Part shown: positions 44,745 to 52,530 of the stretch, in pieces
How the letters are laid out: each line of letters opens with the position of its first letter
Position numbering within the stretch: position 1 is the stretch's first letter
NCBI GenBank assembly: GCA_030694005.1
Contig: JAUXZG010000084.1
Coordinates: forward strand, 1-61,759
Length of the DNA stretch: 61,759 bases
Source of the DNA: Desulfobaccales bacterium
Lineage (GTDB): Bacteria > Desulfobacterota > Desulfobaccia > Desulfobaccales > 0-14-0-80-60-11
Direction: 5' to 3'
The notes under the pieces: generated by a model
What the model saw: the letters and a program-made list of their open reading frames with translations, nothing else
What the model was told of the DNA's origin: nothing
The model's database searches: none
Position numbers and translations under genes: made by a program

Positions 44745-44825
44745 GGGGAAAAGGGAAAAAGGAGAAGAGAAAAAAGATTGGCACCTTTCTCCCTTTTCGC
44801 CTCTTCCCCTCGTTCCCTTTTCCCC
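44745..44825. repeat. Long imperfect purine-tract/pyrimidine-tract hairpin between the surA-like gene and asnS
   Basis: GGGGAAAAGGGAAAAAGGAGAAGAGAAAAAAG...CTTTCTCCCTTTTCGCCTCTTCCCCTCGTTCCCTTTTCCCC. Both arms share GGGGAAAAGGGAA when the right arm is reverse-complemented. Confidence 0.55.
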
Positions 44826-44832
44826 CGTGGAT

Positions 44833-45786
44833 TTACAACATAATCTTGATAAACGCCTTTTCTCTTAAGGTCTTGACCCACTCGGAAAAGCGTTTTTCCA
44901 TCTGTTGTCGCATCAAGGCCCGGCGAATCTCCGGGGCCGCGTCTTCATAAGAGCGAGGGGCCCCAGTACGCCGCGCCACCAATTGAATCAATTGGAAACC
45001 GTCCGGAGTCTGCACCGGAGCCACCTCCCCCGGTCGCAGGCGCTTTAAATATTCTATAAGCGGCGGGGCCATATCGCTCAGGGGGATAAATCCCAAATCT
45101 CCCTCGCTCACCAAATGTTTCCTGGCTGTCTCCGAAAACGAGCGGCCCTCCTGAATCTCCTTCAGGATCAGCTCCACTTTCTGGCGCACCTCCTCTTTTT
45201 GGGCCGCGGTGGCCCCCGGTGGAAACGGGACCTGGATCATCCTCAGATGGGCCTGATTGCCGCCTTCCTTGGCAGATTCTTCATACACCCGGCGGATGTC
45301 CGGTTCATTGACCATGATCTTGGCCCCCACGGCCACCTGAACCATGCGTTCTTGGATCATCTGGTCAGAGAGCTGCTGCTTCAGTTCCTTTAAGGTGATA
45401 CCCCCCTGGGTCAAGGCTTTGGTGAGAGCGGCATCGTCCGCCAGGTTATTGCGTTTTTTGAAATCCCCGAGGGCCTGGTCCAACTCCCGGTCGGAGACGC
45501 TTATGCCCCGTTTTTTAGCCTCGGCCTGGGCCAGCTTGCGGTCGATCAAGCTTTCCAGCATCTGACGCTGGATGGCCTTGCTTTCTTTGCCCACGGGGTT
45601 CAGGCCGGATTGCGCCTGCATGGACTTAGACACCTGCTCCAGCTCCGACAGGGTGATGATCTCATCATTGACCTGGGCCACAATCCGGTCCACCACCTCG
45701 CCGGAGCCGGTTCCGGACAGGAGGAACTGGCCCAGGCAGACAAGGATAACCATAATCATGGTTCGCCCGAGATGGATGCTGGTCAT
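44833..45786 (-). CDS. SurA-like periplasmic chaperone / PPIC-type peptidyl-prolyl isomerase
   Basis: 317-aa ORF with a signal/anchor (IMVILVCLGQFLLSG), a SurA_N-like region (VVDRIVAQVNDEIITLSEL), and a rotamase block. Confidence 0.8.
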   Translation of the reverse strand: MTSIHLGRTMIMVILVCLGQFLLSGTGSGEVVDRIVAQVNDEIITLSELEQVSKSMQAQSGLNPVGKESKAIQRQMLESLIDRKLAQAEAKKRGISVSDRELDQALGDFKKRNNLADDAALTKALTQGGITLKELKQQLSDQMIQERMVQVAVGAKIMVNEPDIRRVYEESAKEGGNQAHLRMIQVPFPPGATAAQKEEVRQKVELILKEIQEGRSFSETARKHLVSEGDLGFIPLSDMAPPLIEYLKRLRPGEVAPVQTPDGFQLIQLVARRTGAPRSYEDAAPEIRRALMRQQMEKRFSEWVKTLREKAFIKIML

Positions 45787-45789
45787 TTT

Positions 45790-48700
45790 TTATCCCTCTC
45801 CCTCACCCTTAACAAATGTCTCCACTTCTTTCAAGCAGTTTTGCAAACGCTCCAACGTGGGGCCGGTTTCCGGCAGGCGCACCCTCAAGGTCTGATCCGG
45901 GGTGAGGCGGAAGCTTTCGGGCCGCGTTTTAAGTATCTTGAGCAAGCGCGCCAGGTTGAGTCGCTCCGGTTGGGCAAATTGCAGCAGGGCAAAGCTGTCC
46001 TGCACCTCAAGGCGCTTGATGCCCATTTGCCGTAAAAGGTGCTTGGTGCGGACCACCTCCAGCAAGTTGCGGCCTTCCGGCGGCAGGGGGCCGAAACGAT
46101 CCAACAGTTCTTCTTCCAACTCCTTGAGCATCTCTGGGGTCAGCCGTCCTGACAGTCGCCGGTAAAGGGCCAGGCGTTGCTGGATGTCCGGCACATAATC
46201 CTCCGGCAGATAGGCGGCCACCGGCAGGCGGAGCTCCGGATCCGGGGCCAGGTCTGCCGGGGCTTCCCCCTTAAACTCCCGGATGGCTTCCTCTAAGAGC
46301 TGGAGGTAGAGTTCGTATCCCACCTCCGCCAGGTGGCCTGATTGCGCCTGCCCTAAAAGATTGCCGGCCCCGCGAATCTGGAGGTCGTGCAGGGCGATCT
46401 TGAAGCCGGAGCCCAATTCGGTAAATTCCATCAGGGCCTTCAGGCGTTTCTGAGCTTCCGTTGAGAGGGCCGCCTCCTCGGGCACCAGGAGATAGGCATA
46501 GGCCTGGGCCTGGGCCCGGCCCACCCGGCCCCGCAACTGGTAGAGTTGCGCCAGCCCCAGGGTGTGGGCCCGGTTGATGATGATGGTGTTGGCCGCCGGG
46601 ATATCCAGACCGGCTTCAATGATGGCGGTGCACACCAGGACATCCACTGTCCCCCGCCAGAACCGCACCATTACCCTTTCTAATTCCCGTTCCGGCATCT
46701 GTCCATGAGCCATGGCCACCCGGGCCTGGGGCACCATCTCCTGGACATAGCGGGCCCAGGTGGCCAGGTTGCGGACCCGGTTGTGCACGAAGAAGACCTG
46801 GCCCTTGCGGGCCAGTTCCCGCTGGATGGCCGCCTGGATCACCGCCTTTTCCGGGCGGCACAGATAAGTGCGGATAGCCCGGCGATTTTCCGGCGGGGTA
46901 TTGATAAGGCTCAACTCCCTGAGACCCGTCAACGATAACTGCAAGGTGCGGGGGATGGGGGTGGCGGTAAGGGTAAGGACATCCACGGTGCGCCGCCACT
47001 CCTTCAATCTCTCCTTCTGGCGCACGCCGAAACGCTGCTCTTCATCTATGATGACCAGTCCCAGGTCCCGAAAAGTCACATCCTTTGAGAGCAAGCGATG
47101 GGTGCCGATGATGATGTCCACTTTTCCCTGGGCGGTGTCCTTAAGGAGGCGTCTTTGCTCGGCCGGCGGTTTGAAACGGCTCAGAACCTGAACCTCGAGG
47201 GGATAAGGGGAAAGACGCCGCTTAAAAGTGTCGTAGTGTTGCTCCGCCAGGATGGTGGTGGGCACCAGCATGGCCACCTGCTTGCCGTCCATGGCGGACT
47301 TGAACGCGGCCCTTAAGGCCACCTCGGTTTTACCGTAGCCCACATCGCCGCAAATCAAACGGTCCATGGGGGTATCTGAGGTCATGTCGGCCAGAACCTC
47401 GGAGATGGCCTGGAGTTGGTCCGGGGTCTCTTCATATTCGAAGCCGGCCTCGAACTCCCGAAAGACCGGGTCCGGCGGGGAGAAGTGATGACCCGGCAGG
47501 ACCCGGCGCAGGGCATAGAGCTCCACCAGCTCCTGGGCAATCTTTTCTACCGCCTTTTTCACCCGTTTTTTGGTGCGCTCCCAGGATTTGCCTCCTAAAC
47601 GCTCGATCCGGGGGCTGACCCCCTCCACCCCCAGGTATTTCTGCACCAGGTGCAGGCGGTCCACCGGCAGATAGAGGCGGTCGGCGTTTTGGTATTCCAG
47701 CTCTAAAAAGTCGTTGACCTCGGGGCCCACGGTGAGTTTTACCAGGCCCCGGTAAATACCGATGCCGTGATCCAGGTGGACGATGAAGTCACCCTCGGCA
47801 AGGTCGGCCAGAGAGGTAAAATACTGGGGCGGCCGGGTCTCCTTGTGGCGGCGTCCCTCCGGCCGGAACCCCAGGGCCTCGTCCTCGGTAACGACGACGA
47901 GCCCTGCGGAGAGGAGGCGGAAGCCTCCGGACAATTCCCCTACGGTGATTTCCACCCGGGGGCCCGGTTCCCAGGTGGGGCCCGGTTCCCAGGTGGGGGC
48001 CGGGTTGACCTCCACCTCCAGACCCTCTTCGGTCAAGAGACGGGCCAGGCGTTCGGCCCTATGATTGCTCAAGCAGACCAAGAGGACCTGAAAACCCTGG
48101 CTGCGCCATTCCCCCAGGCGCTGCGCCAGGGCCGGCACCAACCGGCCGGCTTCGGAAGCGTCATGGCTCAGTTCCCGGGCCAGGCCCTCATTTTTTTCCA
48201 CCTGGAAGGAGACCACCGCTTTCTGGTCCTCCTCGACCCAGGGGAGCAGGGGGCAAAAAATGGTGGCAAAGCGGCGGCGCTGCGTCTCCCAGGCCTCTTG
48301 ATCCAGCCAGCCGGCAGGCTCATGGGCGGCTTGCTCCTCGAGCTTCCTAAGTTCCTGGGCCAGGTTCAGGGGGTCCCACTCCACCGTTACCGTGTCTGGC
48401 GGCAGGTAATCCCACAAGGTCTGGGGCTGGGGGTAAAACTCTTGAAGATGGCGGTCAATGCGGGGGAAGTGGCGTCCCTCCTGCACCTGGTGCCAGAACT
48501 GCGGGTCCTGGCGGCGTTTGCGCCGGGCCAGAGCCTGTTCCCGAGCCGCTTCGTCCAGTACCACTTCGTTGGCCGGCAGCACCACCAGGTCCTCCAGAAC
48601 TTCCTGGGACCGCTGGGTGGCCGGGTCAAACAGGCGGAGGGACTCCACTTCATCCCCCCAGAACTCCAGGCGCACCGGCTGCCCGTAGAGGGGAGGAAAC

Positions 48701-49269
48701 AAATCAATAATCCCGCCCCGGACGGAAAACTCGCCCCGGTCTTCCACCACCGGGCGCCGCTCGTAACCCCCCTCCTGGAGATGCTTGAGAAAATCAGCCC
48801 GGTTCAGAGTTTCTCCCACCACCACATAGGCCGGCGCCTGACGGAGGCGCTCGGCGGGAGGCAGCTTCTGGCGCAGGGCCGTCGCCGGGGCCACTATCAG
48901 GCAGGGCTCCCGACTGGTGAGCAAAGTATAGGCCGCCCCCACCCGGGCGCAGCTTACCTCGGTGTCGAAGCTGAGTTCCTTAAAAGGCAGCACTTCATGG
49001 GCTGGAAAGATCAGCAGCCGGGGCCAGGCGCCGGGGCCGCCGGCTTCCGGTTCTCCCAGAAAAAAGGCCAGGTCTTTAAGGAAGACCTCATGCGCTCCGG
49101 AGTCCGGGGTGATGAGGAGCAAGGGGCGCTTAAGCCGGTGAAACAGCCGGGCCAGGACATAAGCCCCGGCCGCGGGAGTGAGCCCCTGAAAATAGACCTG
49201 GCTGCCGGGCTGGGAAAGGGCGGTGGCCAACTCTGGCCACCCGGCCCCTGCTGATAGAAAGAAGGGCAT
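45790..49269 (-). CDS. mfd: Transcription-repair coupling factor
   Basis: 1159-aa ORF with DRLICGDVGYGKTEVA (Walker A), the DEEQRFG box, helicase motifs, and the TRG/CarD-like region HLDHGIGIYRG. Confidence 0.95.
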   Translation of the reverse strand: MPFFLSAGAGWPELATALSQPGSQVYFQGLTPAAGAYVLARLFHRLKRPLLLITPDSGAHEVFLKDLAFFLGEPEAGGPGAWPRLLIFPAHEVLPFKELSFDTEVSCARVGAAYTLLTSREPCLIVAPATALRQKLPPAERLRQAPAYVVVGETLNRADFLKHLQEGGYERRPVVEDRGEFSVRGGIIDLFPPLYGQPVRLEFWGDEVESLRLFDPATQRSQEVLEDLVVLPANEVVLDEAAREQALARRKRRQDPQFWHQVQEGRHFPRIDRHLQEFYPQPQTLWDYLPPDTVTVEWDPLNLAQELRKLEEQAAHEPAGWLDQEAWETQRRRFATIFCPLLPWVEEDQKAVVSFQVEKNEGLARELSHDASEAGRLVPALAQRLGEWRSQGFQVLLVCLSNHRAERLARLLTEEGLEVEVNPAPTWEPGPTWEPGPRVEITVGELSGGFRLLSAGLVVVTEDEALGFRPEGRRHKETRPPQYFTSLADLAEGDFIVHLDHGIGIYRGLVKLTVGPEVNDFLELEYQNADRLYLPVDRLHLVQKYLGVEGVSPRIERLGGKSWERTKKRVKKAVEKIAQELVELYALRRVLPGHHFSPPDPVFREFEAGFEYEETPDQLQAISEVLADMTSDTPMDRLICGDVGYGKTEVALRAAFKSAMDGKQVAMLVPTTILAEQHYDTFKRRLSPYPLEVQVLSRFKPPAEQRRLLKDTAQGKVDIIIGTHRLLSKDVTFRDLGLVIIDEEQRFGVRQKERLKEWRRTVDVLTLTATPIPRTLQLSLTGLRELSLINTPPENRRAIRTYLCRPEKAVIQAAIQRELARKGQVFFVHNRVRNLATWARYVQEMVPQARVAMAHGQMPERELERVMVRFWRGTVDVLVCTAIIEAGLDIPAANTIIINRAHTLGLAQLYQLRGRVGRAQAQAYAYLLVPEEAALSTEAQKRLKALMEFTELGSGFKIALHDLQIRGAGNLLGQAQSGHLAEVGYELYLQLLEEAIREFKGEAPADLAPDPELRLPVAAYLPEDYVPDIQQRLALYRRLSGRLTPEMLKELEEELLDRFGPLPPEGRNLLEVVRTKHLLRQMGIKRLEVQDSFALLQFAQPERLNLARLLKILKTRPESFRLTPDQTLRVRLPETGPTLERLQNCLKEVETFVKGEGEG

Positions 49270-49907
49270 ACTGTAAAAATATCCCGAACCCGACTGATTT
49301 TCAAGTTAAGGAGCGCGACCCGGTAGGAGGGCCGGTTATCCGCCGGTTTTAGCTTTTCAGGGAAAAAGTCGACCGAAAATTGGCAACTTTGAAGAACGAC
49401 TGGCCAATTTGGGCTTATGAGTTTCTAAGAATGATTAAAATTATTATCAACCGCGGCTGATTATGTTAAGAGGTTTGAACAATATAATATGTTGAAAATG
49501 TGATATTTATTTAATTAGAGGGGAGCCTGTCAAATAACTTAAACATTGAATTTAGACAAAGGGAAATATCAAATCAAAAATAACCCGTAATTATAATTGG
49601 TTAGCGAACAAGCCCTCACCGTCACCAATGGTATGGGATTTGCAATAAAATTAATTGCATGGTCGACGACCATGAAATAGCCCTTGCCAAAAAATTTAAA
49701 AATAATAAGTCGTTTTGCGAGGCCTCTATTCTATCTGGTATGCTGCCACTGCCTTGGAAATGCCACCCTGTTGCCCTGTCGATTTAGGCCATCTCTAAAC
49801 TGGAGCTCCTCTGAAAAGGTCTGCTTCCGCTAGCGCCCGGGTAAAGTTCAGGCGAAATCCGGCCTGGCCGGGATAGTGCGCCCCTAAGAGGTGGCGTAAG
49901 GATTATC

Positions 49908-49934
49908 GGGATGAGGAATAATTTATCGCATCCC
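49908..49934 (+). promoter_or_regulatory. Hairpin presenting AGGA in its loop, in the csrA upstream region
   Basis: GGGATG-AGGAATAATTTATCG-CATCCC lies about 125 nt upstream of the csrA start. Further GGA triplets occur at 49900-49920 and 49967-49978, and the csrA Shine-Dalgarno is AGGAGA. Confidence 0.3.
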
Positions 49935-50057
49935 TTAATTATGCCGATTAAAGCAATCAGCCATCCAGGGAGGGAAGGCTATAGATGGTTAATGGTAACA
50001 GAACTTAATTGACCTCAACGGGTCGCGCAATTTCACCGCCATACTTAGGAGACAGGT

Positions 50058-50240
50058 GTGCTGATCCTTACCCGCAAAATCGGTGAGTCTCTGTTGATCG
50101 GAGATAATATCCGGGTGGCGGTGCTGGAAATCCGCGGCAAACAGGTCCGTTTAGGCATCGAGGCGCCGCCGGATATTGCGGTCATGCGGGAAGAACTCTG
50201 CCAGCAGGTTAACCGGAAAAACGGCAGGCCGCAGGGGTAG
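50058..50240 (+). CDS. csrA: Carbon storage regulator CsrA
   Basis: 60-aa ORF with a GTG start after AGGAGA. Sequence [47 protein letters not shown]. Confidence 0.92.
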   Translation: MLILTRKIGESLLIGDNIRVAVLEIRGKQVRLGIEAPPDIAVMREELCQQVNRKNGRPQG

Positions 50241-50384
50241 AGTCCCATGACCTGTTAAAGGTCGTAAGTCTCTGGAGGAGAGAAGAAGAGGAAGAAGAAG
50301 ATAAAGACGACTTTTGATTCGAGGCGAAATCCCTCCGAATCCGCCCCCCTTACCCTTGCCCACCCTACCTTAGGCCGAATAACC

Positions 50385-50777
50385 GTGCGGGAAGAGCAGA
50401 TCATCACCTTCACCTCCGGCCTGTGGGGATTTAGCCAATTTCACCGCTATGTCCTCATTGAGCGTCCCCAGGAACTCCCCTTCCTCTGGCTCCTGAGCGT
50501 AGATAATCCGGACCTGGCCCTGGTGGTGATGGATCCGGCCGAGCTGGTGGCCGATTATCAGGTCCAGGTCAGCGACGCCGTCTTAAAAGATCTGGCCGCC
50601 GAAACCCTTGATGACCTGAGGGTGCTGGTCACCTTGACCATCCCCCCCGGGAGGGCGCAGGACGCTACCGCCAACCTGAGGGCGCCCCTGCTCCTTAACT
50701 TGAACGCGGCCCGGGGCAAACAGGTGGTGCTGGAAAACCAAGCCTATTCCCAGGCCCACCCCCTCTTTCCCAGGTAA
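50385..50777 (+). CDS. fliW: FliW (CsrA antagonist / flagellar assembly factor), apparently N-terminally short
   Basis: 130-aa ORF with a GTG start and IITFTSGLWGFSQFHRYVLIE...PFLWLLSVDNPDLALVVMDP. Typical FliW proteins have about 10-15 more N-terminal residues. Confidence 0.8.
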   Translation: MREEQIITFTSGLWGFSQFHRYVLIERPQELPFLWLLSVDNPDLALVVMDPAELVADYQVQVSDAVLKDLAAETLDDLRVLVTLTIPPGRAQDATANLRAPLLLNLNAARGKQVVLENQAYSQAHPLFPR

Positions 50778-50848
50778 GGGGGCCGGGCTGAAGCCCGCCG
50801 GCTTTAGCCTGGGCTTCCAAAAAAACTCCAGGCACTTTACGCAGGCTA

Positions 50849-50967
50849 GTATTAAGTTGCGAAAGTCCTTGCCCTTCCCCCCTCTTCTAAAGGGGGGCCA
50901 GGGGGGATTTAAAGGCTGCCGGAAAAATTCAGCTCATTTCACCTGGTTGAACTTATGCAACTAATAC
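50849..50967. repeat. MITE-like element: terminal inverted repeat around a G/C-tract palindrome
   Basis: GTATTAAGTTGC (50849-50860) pairs with GCAACTAATAC (50957-50967). The centre is CCTTGCCCTTCCCCCCTCTTCTAAAGGGGGGCCAGGGGGG. Confidence 0.45.
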
Positions 50968-51008
50968 CAAGTGGCCGTCAAAAAAGTAATAAATATTAGA
51001 AAGGACTT

Positions 51009-51060
51009 GTAGGGGCGCAATTTATTGCGCCCTTAAGGGCGTGATGAATCATGCCCCTAC
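51009..51060. repeat. Compound REP-like hairpin (GTAGGGGCGCAA... type)
   Basis: GTAGGGG[CGCAAtttaTTGCG]CCCttaaGGG[CGTGATgaaTCATG]CCCCTAC has outer stem GTAGGGG/CCCCTAC enclosing two inner hairpins. Confidence 0.6.
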
Positions 51061-51123
51061 GGAGAAATACCTTTATGGAGGCACCTTGGTATAAGTACTA
51101 GAGCCCGCGTTTACCTCCAAATT

Positions 51124-51164
51124 AAAAAAGCCGGGTGAGCCCCCAGGGCCCGCCCGGCTTTTTT
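51124..51164. terminator. Bidirectional intrinsic terminator between fliW and the hdrA operon
   Basis: AAAAAA-GCCGGGtgaGCCCccaGGGCccgCCCGGC-TTTTTT. Confidence 0.8.
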
Positions 51165-51217
51165 ACAGCATAGCATATTTCCCCGTAAAGGGCGGGGGGC
51201 CCCCGCCCCTACCGTGA

Positions 51218-52030
51218 TTACATCGGCTTGGTCTGCAGGGTGGATTCCTCTCCCAAAACCTTCCAGGGAGAAACCGCGGTGGGTGAGCCGGTCTCGTAGT
51301 CGAACAGGTCTTTCACCAGAGCGTTGGCCTTTTTATAGAGCACCCTTAAAGGGATGTCCGCCGGGCAGGCCTCTTCACACAGGCCGCAGTCGATGCAGCG
51401 CCCGGCCATGTGGATGGCCCGCACCAGCTGGAAGATGGTGTCCGGCGGCACCATGCCGGTGCTCATCAAATCCGGGTGCTCCAGGCTGCACTCTTTGCAG
51501 AAGCACATGGGGCAGACGTCCCGGCAGCCGTAACATTTGACGCAGCGCCCAAAATGGCCCAGCCACTCCTTCAAGGCGTCCGCCTCGGCCAGGCCCTCCA
51601 CGCGGGTCACCCGCTGGCTTTGGGGCACCGGCCGGCATTTTTCCCCATAATCAATAACCGAGGGGAAAGGGCCGGAGCATTCGCAATAATCGGCCTGGTC
51701 CTGCGGGCAGGCGACCCCCACCAGGACCACCTGGTCCGGGTCCAACTGCCCCCATTTATACAGCTCGATGAGCCCCCGCTCGTCGCAGCCCCGCACCTGG
51801 ATGGCGAAGGTTTCTTTAGGGTAGCGGGCCGCCACCTGCAGGAGCAGCTTGTCCAGAGGGTAGCGGGCGTCCCCCGGGGGCACGATGGCTTCGTCCACCT
51901 CGCTTAAGCGGTCCTTCGTAAAGAAGTGGGGTAGGGGATGGCCCTCCACCATCTTGTAGCCGATATAGCCGCCGGCCTTGCCTTCCGCCAACAGTTTCCG
52001 GACCTTGTCGCGTAACCTTTCCATGGGCAT
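51218..52030 (-). CDS. 4Fe-4S dicluster protein associated with HdrA/MvhD (AsrA / sulfhydrogenase-beta-like, tentative)
   Basis: 270-aa ORF with CVKCYGCRDVCPMCFCKEC and CIDCGLCEEACP. It is the last gene of the hdrA-mvhD operon. Confidence 0.65.
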   Translation of the reverse strand: MPMERLRDKVRKLLAEGKAGGYIGYKMVEGHPLPHFFTKDRLSEVDEAIVPPGDARYPLDKLLLQVAARYPKETFAIQVRGCDERGLIELYKWGQLDPDQVVLVGVACPQDQADYCECSGPFPSVIDYGEKCRPVPQSQRVTRVEGLAEADALKEWLGHFGRCVKCYGCRDVCPMCFCKECSLEHPDLMSTGMVPPDTIFQLVRAIHMAGRCIDCGLCEEACPADIPLRVLYKKANALVKDLFDYETGSPTAVSPWKVLGEESTLQTKPM

Positions 52031-52062
52031 TTATCCTTTGAGAACTATCTGGGAGTCCTGCT

Positions 52063-52494
52063 TTAAGCCGCCCGGGCCGCCTGTTTCAGGGGGGAGGGGC
52101 CCATTTTCTGGATCTTGGCGGTGAAGTCCCGCACCGTCTGGGCGAATTTGGGGCCTTCGGCGGCGGAGATCCAATCCAGGTGCAGCCTGCCTTCCTCCAT
52201 GCCCACGAACTTCATGAGGTCCTGGAGGAAGCGCATGCGCTTGATGGTCATGTAATTGCCTTTAAGATAATGGCAGTCGCCGATATGGCAGCCGCCGATG
52301 AGGACGCCGTCGGCCCCCTTTTGGAAGGCCCGCAGTACATGGTGCGGCGATACCGACCCGGAGCACATTACCCGGATGACCCGAATGTGGGGAGGGTATT
52401 GCAGACGGCTGACGCCGGCCAGGTCGGCGCCGGCGTAAGTGCACCAGTTACACAGAAATGCCAGGATTCTGGGTTCAAAATTGCTGTCGGCCAT
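52063..52494 (-). CDS. mvhD: MvhD-like hydrogenase/Hdr-associated [2Fe-2S] subunit
   Basis: 143-aa ORF with ILAFLCNWCTYAGADLAG...VMCSGSV...LIGGCHIGDCHY. Confidence 0.9.
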   Translation of the reverse strand: MADSNFEPRILAFLCNWCTYAGADLAGVSRLQYPPHIRVIRVMCSGSVSPHHVLRAFQKGADGVLIGGCHIGDCHYLKGNYMTIKRMRFLQDLMKFVGMEEGRLHLDWISAAEGPKFAQTVRDFTAKIQKMGPSPLKQAARAA

Positions 52495-52530
52495 CTTTCG
52501 TCCCTTGGTTTTTAAGTTGAGTCTTAAGCT

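Noticed and set aside
49918-49950. Sigma-28 (FliA) promoter upstream of csrA, based on GCCGATTA at 49943-49950.
   Set aside because: The -10-like box is good, but no TAAA-type -35 lies at the required 15-nt spacing. It also conflicts with the GGA hairpin being part of the leader. The evidence is insufficient.
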